From Deltaproteobacteria bacterium (lineage in GTDB: Bacteria; Desulfobacterota; Binatia; UBA12015), in contig JAYGCM010000045.1 of NCBI GenBank assembly GCA_046583355.1, positions 10,867 to 74,866 on the forward strand: a DNA stretch of 64,000 nucleotides, read 5' to 3'. The position numbers and the translations under genes were made by a program. This document shows positions 18,733 to 27,010 of the stretch, in pieces. Position 1 is the first letter of the stretch. Each line of letters begins with the position of its first letter. The notes beneath the pieces are model-generated. The model was given only the letters and a program-made list of their open reading frames with translations, had not been told where the DNA came from and ran no database searches.

Positions 18733-21228
18733 TCATTTGCAGATCAGAACGGACCCGCCGCTACGATGCGTGCACTCGGCCTGTGGCCGCGGACCGGGAA
18801 ACTCCATCACAGCACAGACGCCCATCCGCTCGCTATTGGCATCCAGCGTGACCGTAACCGTAAGGGGCGGGACGATCGTGGCCGAGGCAAAACTGCCCTT
18901 GGCGCCGACAATCTTTACGGAGACCGCGTTGGGATCTTTGCGCACCTTCCTCAAGATGATTTTCTGCACGGCTCCCGCAACCAATTCCCTGGAACGGAAC
19001 CGGTAGCCATCGTTCTTCAAGGGCAACCAACCACGACGGGCGGCCAGATTGTAGGCACCGCCCGGAATCTCCGCATCGAGCAACCGCGTGCCGGCGGCGT
19101 CTTCGATTCGCAGACGGATGCCATGCGCAATCGGGTCGTAGACCGGCGCCTCATCGAAAACCAGATAGGATCTCAAGAGCAATTTATCGTCGCCCCCCGG
19201 CGTCGTGATCTGGGTCAATCGCACCAGCGTATTATGCGCCTCGCCGGCGTCGGTGCAGATATCACAAAAATCCCCTTCGCCATCGCCATCGGTGTCCAAT
19301 TGCTCCGGGTCGTAGACCTCGGGACAACCGTCCTCCGCATCACAGATGCCGTCATCATCCCCATCGGGCAGACCGGAATCCACGGGACAGGCCTCGCTCA
19401 CGCCGTCGCAAATCTCGGCCTCATCGCAGGCATGGCTGACGCCGCGGCAGACCATGCCTTCGCGGCCGGCGAAATGGATGCAAATCCCCTCGCCATCACA
19501 AATATCTTCCGTGCAAAAGGTGCCATCATCGGCGCAAGCGACACCGAAAGCAGAATCTACATCGCCAGGACAGGAGTCCTGGTCCCCGTCGCAGACCTCC
19601 ACCGCATCGCATTCGTAGGCGCCGGCGCGGCAGATCGTCTCGGTGCCGAACTTGACGTCATCCGGACAGACATCCACGACGCCATCACAATACTCAGCTT
19701 GGTCGCAAACGCCGCCCGAAGAACGACAGAGGTCGGTACGCTTCACATCGTTCGGACACTCTACCGTGCTGCCGTCGCAGATTTCCTGAAGGTCACAGCC
19801 ACCGCCCGACGCCCGGCAGACGGTACCGGACGAATCGAGGGCGTCGGCAGGGCAATCGTTGGCAACACCGTCGCAAACGTCTTCGATATCGCACGCACCC
19901 CCCGCGGCCCGGCAGGTATCCTGGCTCTTGGCATCGAGCGGGCATTCCTCCCCAGTCCCGGTGCAGAACTCTGCGATATCACAAACGCCACCGCTAGCGC
20001 GGCATTCACTGCTCGCGGTATGGAAGCTGCATTCCTCGGAACAACAGGCGGCAAAGCCCCCTGCTCCGCTTTCACAAGCTTCGAATTCGTCGAGGATACC
20101 GTCGCCGCAGCGCTCAACTGTGCAATTGGCGCGGCAGCCATCGCCGGGTGCCGTATTGCCATCGTCGCATTGTTCGGTTCCAACCAGAAGTGCGTCACCG
20201 CAAATTTCGGGCAACATCACGCCGGACGGCGCTACCGTCAGATTGTCGGCCGCGCGCCCCCAACAATGAATCGTGCCGTCGGTCCGAAACGCGCAATTGG
20301 TTTGCGAGCCAACGCTGAGCGCCACGAAATCGCCTGTCGGATCGGCATTCTGCCCATAGGTGCCGGCACCCCAGCAAAGCGCATGCGCGTCGGTCGTCAG
20401 GCCGCAACTATGGCGGAAGCCCGCCTGGATCGACGCGAAGAGTTCCCCGGCGGGCGCCTGAAGTTGGTCGTCGCCGTCGGCACCCCAGCACTGCGCCGTG
20501 CCGTCGTCTTCTACGGCGCAACAATGCCGGTCACCGCAGCTCACATTGATGAACGTGCCGGTCTCCGGGGGATTGGAGCGGCCGTGCAGCGTGCTGCCCC
20601 AACAGGTCAGCGCATGGCTGGTATCAATCGCGCAGGCGTTGGCATTGCCCACGCCCAGGGCAAGGAAGCTGCCCGCCGGTGGCGTCGAGCGACCGCCCAG
20701 GTCGCTGCCCCAGCAAGCGATCGTCTGGTCCGCGCGCAGCCCGCAATTATGAGTCTCGCCTGCCTCCATTGTCGTGAAAGTACCCGCCGGTGGTGTCGCG
20801 CGGCCGCTGCCGTCGAAGCCCCAGCAGGCCAGCGTGCCATCGCCGCGGCGCGCACACGAGTGGCGGTGGCCGGCGGTGACCTGAACGTAAGTCGTGCCGG
20901 CCGGCGCCACAGTCTGATCGTAGGTCGCGCTTCCCCAGCAGACGATTGCCGAGCTTCCGTCCAGAGTACAGGCATGGCTACCGCCAACATCCAGGCGATT
21001 CTGCTGCTGCCAGGGGCAGCTGCTGGGCGCACCGAAACAAACATGGCCCGTCTCGATTGCGCACGCCGCATCGCAACCATCACCAGAGAAAACATTCCCG
21101 TCATCGCAAGCCTCGGCCACATCCAACACACCGTCGCCGCAGCCAGCCCAAGCCGGTAGCGGTGCCGCCAGCAGGAGAAGCATGGCAAAAACAAGGGCGG
21201 GGAAAGAAGAAAATAATCTACGGATCAT
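18733..21228 (-). CDS. Secreted Cys-rich multidomain protein (RCC1-like propeller, myxobacterial disulfide repeats, disintegrin-like repeats, TSP3-like)
   Basis: Signal peptide ending AWA; CGDG...EACDDGN...GDGC twice; seven H.C....G...CWG blades; six CR.....CD..E.C.G....CP.D units; D.DGDG.GD.CD. Confidence 0.85.
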   Translation of the reverse strand: MIRRLFSSFPALVFAMLLLLAAPLPAWAGCGDGVLDVAEACDDGNVFSGDGCDAACAIETGHVCFGAPSSCPWQQQNRLDVGGSHACTLDGSSAIVCWGSATYDQTVAPAGTTYVQVTAGHRHSCARRGDGTLACWGFDGSGRATPPAGTFTTMEAGETHNCGLRADQTIACWGSDLGGRSTPPAGSFLALGVGNANACAIDTSHALTCWGSTLHGRSNPPETGTFINVSCGDRHCCAVEDDGTAQCWGADGDDQLQAPAGELFASIQAGFRHSCGLTTDAHALCWGAGTYGQNADPTGDFVALSVGSQTNCAFRTDGTIHCWGRAADNLTVAPSGVMLPEICGDALLVGTEQCDDGNTAPGDGCRANCTVERCGDGILDEFEACESGAGGFAACCSEECSFHTASSECRASGGVCDIAEFCTGTGEECPLDAKSQDTCRAAGGACDIEDVCDGVANDCPADALDSSGTVCRASGGGCDLQEICDGSTVECPNDVKRTDLCRSSGGVCDQAEYCDGVVDVCPDDVKFGTETICRAGAYECDAVEVCDGDQDSCPGDVDSAFGVACADDGTFCTEDICDGEGICIHFAGREGMVCRGVSHACDEAEICDGVSEACPVDSGLPDGDDDGICDAEDGCPEVYDPEQLDTDGDGEGDFCDICTDAGEAHNTLVRLTQITTPGGDDKLLLRSYLVFDEAPVYDPIAHGIRLRIEDAAGTRLLDAEIPGGAYNLAARRGWLPLKNDGYRFRSRELVAGAVQKIILRKVRKDPNAVSVKIVGAKGSFASATIVPPLTVTVTLDANSERMGVCAVMEFPGPRPQAECTHRSGGSVLICK

Positions 21229-21553
21229 GATCGCGGCGCCTCAGGCAAGGAGCGTGAAAAGAAGCAGTTCGTGGGAGGGGAAACGGATAGGGGGACGGAA
21301 CGAAGTATCGACAGGAGAGCAGCTTCGTCTCAGTCCGCGCAACAAAGAAAATCGCGAATCAGGCCGGATTTTGCGATTTATCTCGCAAATGCCGCAGAGC
21401 CGATGGCAACCCCCTTGCGATCGGCCCACGGGGTGCTCGCTTGTCCCTCCAGGTGGGCCGCCTACGGAGTTTGCGGCCCCCCACTCTCCCAGCAGAGAGA
21501 GCCCTCCTCCCGAGAGCCCAAATGAAGATACAGCCCGACTCTTCGGCCTGACG

Positions 21554-22351
21554 TCAGGAGTTCAAATGGTCGAGGATCTTCGCACGCCAGAGGTCGGCGT
21601 GGGTGCGCTGCGGACTATGCCAGGCACCTTCGATCTGCACTAGCCTGGCGTTCGGGATTCCGGCGGCCAGGTGCTCGGAGGGGGCGAGGAAGGGCTGGTC
21701 TTGGCTGCCCACCAGCACCGTCGTCGGACACGCGATCTCGCCAAGGCGATCGAGCAGCGAGGGACCGCCGAAGACCTCCGGAAAGAGCGCGAGAAAGGCC
21801 TCGATATCCATATTCTCAAGACGCGCCACCTGATTCGCGGCGAGCCAGTCCTCGCCTCGCTGCTCGACCATGCGCTGGGCCTCGGGGAGTATCGGCATCT
21901 TGCGATGCAAGGCGAGCAGTCCGTCGCGGCGAACCATGGCTTCGATACCGTCCGGCAGAGCCACGCCTTGCAGACTCTCGGCGGCGGTATCCATCAGGAC
22001 GAGCGAGCGGACCAGGTCGGGGCGTGCCAACACGACACGCAACACCACCATGCCGCCCATGGAGTGGCCGAGCAGATCGACCGCGCCCTGGCCCTGCGCT
22101 TCGAGAAAGGCGATCAGGTCTGTGGCAAGGATATCGAGCGAATAGGCATCGGCTGCTGCGAAATTCGTCGAGCCGCCATGCCCGCGGTGGTCCGCCGCCA
22201 ACACCCGCCGGGTCGTAGCCAATGCTTCGAGATGGTCCTCGAAATCCAGCCGAGCGCCGGTGAAACCATGCACCAGAACGAAGGTCGGATTACCCGCGCC
22301 ATGCTCTTCGAAAGAAACATCGACATCGCCGATCCGGGTGCGTCGTTCCAT
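21554..22351 (-). CDS. Alpha/beta-fold hydrolase
   Basis: HGFTG, D.RGHG.S, GHSMGG, G..D, A.HS. Confidence 0.9.
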   Translation of the reverse strand: MERRTRIGDVDVSFEEHGAGNPTFVLVHGFTGARLDFEDHLEALATTRRVLAADHRGHGGSTNFAAADAYSLDILATDLIAFLEAQGQGAVDLLGHSMGGMVVLRVVLARPDLVRSLVLMDTAAESLQGVALPDGIEAMVRRDGLLALHRKMPILPEAQRMVEQRGEDWLAANQVARLENMDIEAFLALFPEVFGGPSLLDRLGEIACPTTVLVGSQDQPFLAPSEHLAAGIPNARLVQIEGAWHSPQRTHADLWRAKILDHLNS

Positions 22352-22449
22352 GATCCCTTTCCTTCGCCCGCACGCGCGCGCCGGTCAAGCGGACGGACTG
22401 CCTGATAATCGCTCGCATCCAAGGCCGCTTCTCCGCTGTCGCGGAATCC

Positions 22450-22873
22450 ATGAGCAAAGAGAAATTGTGTACACGGGCGCTGTCGGTCGCTCTCCTTCTA
22501 ACGCTGGTCCTCGCCGGGAGCACGAATGCATCGCCGGAGTGGAACCCGGATGCCTGGGCGGACGAAGATACCCTCGAGATGATGACGCAGGCACCCGGCG
22601 AGGAGCCCTATTGGTTCCCGGTCAACCTGGTCGTCATCGAAGACGATCTACGTACGGCTGGGAACCCGCGCGTCGGAGAGGCTGAACGAGAGCGTCACCA
22701 GCCCCTACATCGGCTTGCGTGTCGGCGGCCACGAGTTCGCGCGCATCAAGACGATCATGGCGCCCGAAAAGGTCGCTGCCGTCGACCACGAGATCGCCGA
22801 AAAATACTGGTCGGATTGGTATATCCGCCTGATGGCGCACCCGATGACGTTGCGCCTGGTTCCGGTCGAGTAG
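22450..22873 (+). pseudogene. Frameshifted secreted protein (DUF2255-like)
   Basis: The first frame gives a signal peptide and WFPVNLVVIED; a +1 shift near 22645 continues IYVRLGTRA...AEKYWSDWYIRLMAHPMTLRLVPVE to TAG 22873. Confidence 0.65.
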
Positions 22874-22959
22874 AGCCACGCCTTACTTACGAACCGAGAA
22901 ACCCGAGCCGCACGCCAAGCTTCGAAGGCTGAGCGCGGGCCCGCACTAGAGGTCCTGCA

Positions 22960-24990
22960 TCAGCTCGCTGGCTGCGGCGGCTCTCCCAGCCAGATCGGGG
23001 AGGACCAGGCACGCTCCTGCAGCAGTGGCGAATAGAAGGGCTCGTTTGCTTCGTCCTTGCAGCAATTCGCGAAGATCTCACCCTGGCCGCCCGCCTCATG
23101 CGCCACGGCGGTTGCCGCGGCGGCGCGCTCGCTGCAATCGGCGGCAAAGGGATTCACTCCGGCGGCCTGACATTGGCGGGTGCTCCAGCGACAAGTCGGG
23201 TTCTCCAGCAGGCGCACATAATAGGCGGCATTCTCACCCGGCTGCCAGGTCGGGTCCTGCCACACAGCGCAGAGCGAGTCGTGGCCGCGGCCGCGAGGTG
23301 CACAGGTCTGCGGGTCGACGCTCGCGTCGTTCTCGCTGCCGGCGATATCAAAGACGCGCTCCTGCGGCTGGCCGGCGGCGTCGACCCAGAGTTTGATGAG
23401 TTGCACCCGCTGCAGGTCGGTTCCCGGATGTGCCGGCGTGCCCGCATCTTTCATCGCTTGGACGAAAAAGCGCGGCGCCTGACCGGCTGCATTGCGCACC
23501 AACTCGCTGCCCATCGGCACGCCCAGCGCATAGGCCTGCTCGACCGCATCGGGCATCGAGCAGAGGTCGGCAGGTAGATCGTAGCTGGCAAAGAAGCGCA
23601 GGATCGGGCGTGTGCCGCTGGTCGCATAGGTCTCACGACGCACCATCGCGGCAAAAATCGAGTCGCGTGAATTTTCTTCAGCCCAGACGACCGCCAGGCC
23701 ACCCGGCCCGTCCTCGAAATGATCCTGCAGGTTGCGCCAGCCCGCGTCGCGCCGGCCGAGGTGGCCCGGGTAGTCGAACTCCATCGTCGCACCCGGAATA
23801 TTATTATGCGTATCGGTCGAACCGATGAAGCCCATGCGGAAAGGGTTGAGACCGCTCTTTGCCTCAAGCACGAGGCCATCCTTCAGAGCGTTGCGAACCA
23901 GGTTGCGCCGACCGAAGGATTCGATCGACACCGGCGCACCGCCTTCGGTCTGCATCTCGCCAAAGAGCACGCCGAGCGAGCCCAGGTTGTCGGTGCGGTT
24001 CTGCTCGAAGGTGCAAAGCTCGTCGTTGGTGCCAACACCACGGCCGGCGAGCCTATCGAAGCGACATTCCGAGGCCGCCTTATGCTGGATCAATTCGACG
24101 ATCGGCTCGAAGGCGAGGCGGTTCTCGGCCTCCTCGGCGCTCTGCGGATCGGGAAACATCAGCCCACCTGAGAGGTTCGAATTATGCGGGATCGCGATGG
24201 CGTCGCAGCCCGTACCAGCGTCGCGACATTCCGTCTTCAGGCGACGCCAGAGTTCCGGGACATTGCGCCCACCCGTATCGAAGGAGCTGATCGGCGCCTC
24301 CGTCACGTTCTCATTTCGATAGATCACGTTGCGATGCAGATTGTCGAAGCCCGGACTCTCGGTATATTCGTAGCCGACGAAGGTCGTGAAACGACACGCT
24401 TCGCTACGGTCATAATGCGCCTCACTCGCTGCCTGCACCTCATCCCAAACGCGCGCGGCCGCGGCCGGGCAATCGGTGAAGGGGAACGAGCAGACGATTT
24501 TTCGCTCCTTGTCGCGTTGGTCCTGGCTGATGAAGTCAGCCCAGCCGCTTGCGGCCAGCAATTGCACGTAGAACCAATCGCTGCGGGTCATCACGCAAAG
24601 CGGTGCGTATTTTCCGCCACTGAGCTCCTCGCGCGTGCAGATCTCAATTTCCCCGAAGAGTTCGGCATGGTCGGTGATGGAGGCGAAATCCAGCGGCCGC
24701 GCGAGTTGTAGCGGCACCGTCATGGCGCCGTCCATATCGGGCAGCATCACCTTCTCACCGCGGGCAAAGCGATAGCCCGCTGCCGGGTCGCCGCGCACGC
24801 CCGACACATACGCATCAAAAGAGAAGCGGCTATGCACATGCAGATCGCCGAAGAGCGGCTGGCGCAGCGGTTCGTAAACCGCGCAATCGGCGCGTTCCTC
24901 GGTACGCTCGAAGCCGGCTTCGGGTGCAGCCAGGGCCGGTGTCGACAGCAGGCCCACTGCGAGAGCGATGCAGAGAAATCGCGAGATCAT
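22960..24990 (-). CDS. Secreted DUF3604-like (PHP-type metallohydrolase) protein
   Basis: Signal peptide; GDLHVHS..SFDA, ITDHAE, NLHRNV, IPHNSN, GSTDTH, QERAWSSPIW; ATG 24990 overlaps the upstream stop. Confidence 0.82.
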   Translation of the reverse strand: MISRFLCIALAVGLLSTPALAAPEAGFERTEERADCAVYEPLRQPLFGDLHVHSRFSFDAYVSGVRGDPAAGYRFARGEKVMLPDMDGAMTVPLQLARPLDFASITDHAELFGEIEICTREELSGGKYAPLCVMTRSDWFYVQLLAASGWADFISQDQRDKERKIVCSFPFTDCPAAAARVWDEVQAASEAHYDRSEACRFTTFVGYEYTESPGFDNLHRNVIYRNENVTEAPISSFDTGGRNVPELWRRLKTECRDAGTGCDAIAIPHNSNLSGGLMFPDPQSAEEAENRLAFEPIVELIQHKAASECRFDRLAGRGVGTNDELCTFEQNRTDNLGSLGVLFGEMQTEGGAPVSIESFGRRNLVRNALKDGLVLEAKSGLNPFRMGFIGSTDTHNNIPGATMEFDYPGHLGRRDAGWRNLQDHFEDGPGGLAVVWAEENSRDSIFAAMVRRETYATSGTRPILRFFASYDLPADLCSMPDAVEQAYALGVPMGSELVRNAAGQAPRFFVQAMKDAGTPAHPGTDLQRVQLIKLWVDAAGQPQERVFDIAGSENDASVDPQTCAPRGRGHDSLCAVWQDPTWQPGENAAYYVRLLENPTCRWSTRQCQAAGVNPFAADCSERAAAATAVAHEAGGQGEIFANCCKDEANEPFYSPLLQERAWSSPIWLGEPPQPAS

Positions 24991-25760
24991 ATTTTCGGCC
25001 ATTTGGGTTCACGCTTTTCCAGGAAAGCCATCATGCCTTCGGTCATTTCGGGCGACATCATCTCGCGCGTAAAGGTCCGAATATCGTACATCGGCAGCCG
25101 CCCGTTGATATCGTCTTTGGCCAGCATGCGCGCGCGCGGTCCGGTGCGACGGAGCGTCGCCAGCAACTCGGCGGTCGCGGCTTCAAGCTGATCGTCTTCG
25201 ACCGTCTTGGCCAGAATCCCCATTTCGCAGGCCTCGTCGGCGCTGAACTCGGCGGCGGTGAGGATCATGTATTTGGCTTTCGCGACACCGACAAAATAGG
25301 GCAGGCGGCCGCTCATATGCGGGTCCGGGATGCCGCGCAGGATCTCCGGCACGCGGAAGGTCGCGCTCTTGGCCGCGATCGTGATGTCGCTGAAAAGAAC
25401 CAGGTTCAGGCCGCCCGCATGACATTTGCCATTGACCGAGCAGACCACCAGCTTGCGGCAGCGCTCAAGGTGGCGGAACGGATGGTGGTCGGTCTGATCG
25501 GGCTCGGCAAGAATCGCCTCGCGGTGCTCCATCTCGCCCGACATATCGCCGCCGACACAGAAGACATCTTCGGTACCGGTGATGCAGAGCACCTCGATCG
25601 CCGGTGTTGCGTCGGCCAGCACCAGCGCCTTCTTCAGGCCGCGGTACATATCCTGCGTCATCGAGTTGCGCTTGTGCGCGCGGTTGATCCGCACATGCAG
25701 GACACCCTCTTCGATGTGGGCATCAAGGTATTTCGTATCCAGATCCAATTTATCGCTCAT
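24987..25760 (-). CDS. Enoyl-CoA hydratase/isomerase family
   Basis: NR..KRN, FCVGGDM, VNG.C.AGG, F.VPE..RG, EG..AFLEKR.P.W. Confidence 0.9.
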   Translation of the reverse strand: MSDKLDLDTKYLDAHIEEGVLHVRINRAHKRNSMTQDMYRGLKKALVLADATPAIEVLCITGTEDVFCVGGDMSGEMEHREAILAEPDQTDHHPFRHLERCRKLVVCSVNGKCHAGGLNLVLFSDITIAAKSATFRVPEILRGIPDPHMSGRLPYFVGVAKAKYMILTAAEFSADEACEMGILAKTVEDDQLEAATAELLATLRRTGPRARMLAKDDINGRLPMYDIRTFTREMMSPEMTEGMMAFLEKREPKWPKI

Positions 25761-25956
25761 GAATTCCCCTCGTTCGCAGGCATCGATACCCGCTGGATGT
25801 CGCTCCAGATTGCCAGGCCTCGCTTACGCGTAGCCAAGGCCGACAATCGGATGTTGGCAAGACACGTGTTCATTGTCACGCATGGTGAAAGTGGCACTGT
25901 CGGGGCCCTTTGTTTAGATCCTCCTGCGAACCTCAATACTCTCAGGAGATCATCTA

Positions 25957-26844
25957 ATGTCAGTTCGCTTCGACGGAAAAGTCGCCATTGTCACCGGCTC
26001 GGGAAACGGCCTCGGCCGCTCGCACGCCCTCCAATTCGCCGAACGCGGTGCAAAAGTCGTCGTAAACGACCTCGGAGGAGCCGTCGATGGCTCGGGGGGC
26101 TCCTCGGAGGCCGCCGAGAAGGTCGTGGCCGAGATCAAGGCAGCCGGCGGTGAAGCCATCGCCAACGGCAGCTCGGTCAGCGACCGCGCCGGCGCCGAGA
26201 AGCTCGTCCAGGACGCCATCGACGCCTACGGCAAGGTCGATATTCTGGTCAACAATGCCGGCATTCTGCGCGACCGCACCTTCAAGAAAATGGACCTCGA
26301 CGATTTTCATCTTGTCGTGGATGTTCACCTGATGGGCAGCGTCTATTGCACGCGCTTCGTCTGGGAGCAGATGCTCAGCCAGGGCTACGGCCGTATCGTG
26401 ATGACGACTTCTTCGTCGGGGATGTACGGCAACTTCGGCCAGTCCAATTACGGCGCCGCCAAAATGGGCGTGATCGGCCTGATGAACGTGCTCAAGATCG
26501 AAGGCCTGAAGGCCAATGTGCATGTGAACACCATCGCGCCGACCGCCGGCACGCGCATGACCGAAGACCTGGGCTTCCCGAAAGAGGCGTTTGATGCGCT
26601 CAAGCCGGAACTGGTCTCGCCTGCGGTTCTCTATCTCGCCAGCGAAGACGCGCCCACGGGTACGATCATCGAAGCCGGCGCGGGCTATTACGCCAAGGCC
26701 GAAATGGTCGAGGGCAAGGGTGTGAAGCTCGGCCTCGAAGCCACGGTCGATGACGTCGCCGCCAATATCGACAAAATCTGCGATATGAGCGAGGCCGCTC
26801 CGCTGAAAAACGGCGGCGCAGTCGCCATGAAAATCTTCGGCTGA
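25957..26844 (+). CDS. SDR oxidoreductase (MFE-2-type 3-hydroxyacyl-CoA dehydrogenase-like)
   Basis: TGSGNGLG, VVVNDLG, NNAGILRD, GNFGQSNYGAAK; AGGAG RBS. Confidence 0.92.
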   Translation: MSVRFDGKVAIVTGSGNGLGRSHALQFAERGAKVVVNDLGGAVDGSGGSSEAAEKVVAEIKAAGGEAIANGSSVSDRAGAEKLVQDAIDAYGKVDILVNNAGILRDRTFKKMDLDDFHLVVDVHLMGSVYCTRFVWEQMLSQGYGRIVMTTSSSGMYGNFGQSNYGAAKMGVIGLMNVLKIEGLKANVHVNTIAPTAGTRMTEDLGFPKEAFDALKPELVSPAVLYLASEDAPTGTIIEAGAGYYAKAEMVEGKGVKLGLEATVDDVAANIDKICDMSEAAPLKNGGAVAMKIFG

Positions 26845-26853
26845 TCCCGAATG

Positions 26854-26896
26854 GGCCGAGCGCCGGGATGGAGACTCTCCATTTCGGCGCTCGGCC
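26854..26896. terminator. 20-bp hairpin between convergent SDR and hrpB
   Basis: GGCCGAGCGCCGGGATGGAG-ACT-CTCCATTTCGGCGCTCGGCC, two G-U pairs on the + strand; no U tract. Confidence 0.55.
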
Positions 26897-26946
26897 GCAC
26901 GGCTCGCCACGGGGCAATCTTCCCTTCCTGGACCGCTCTATGATGT

Positions 26947-26970
26947 CCGGCCGAAAAGGCAGGTGCATTC
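26947..26970 (+). repeat. Degenerate solo end of the hairpin element
   Basis: CCGGCCGAAAAGGCAGGTGCATTC versus consensus CCGGCCGAAAAGTAGGCCTGCATCC. Confidence 0.4.
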
Positions 26971-27010
26971 GAGTGACGCTTGCGGCCGGACCTCTGGACC
27001 CTTGCCGGGT

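Noticed and set aside
13067..21159. Long plus-strand ORFs (13067-15271, 16128-18491, 18766-21159)
   Set aside because: Antisense shadows of well-supported minus-strand genes, common at high GC; no recognisable motifs
25891..25908. Sigma54-like TGGCACTGTCGGGGC upstream of the SDR gene
   Set aside because: The -12 box (GGGC) is a poor match
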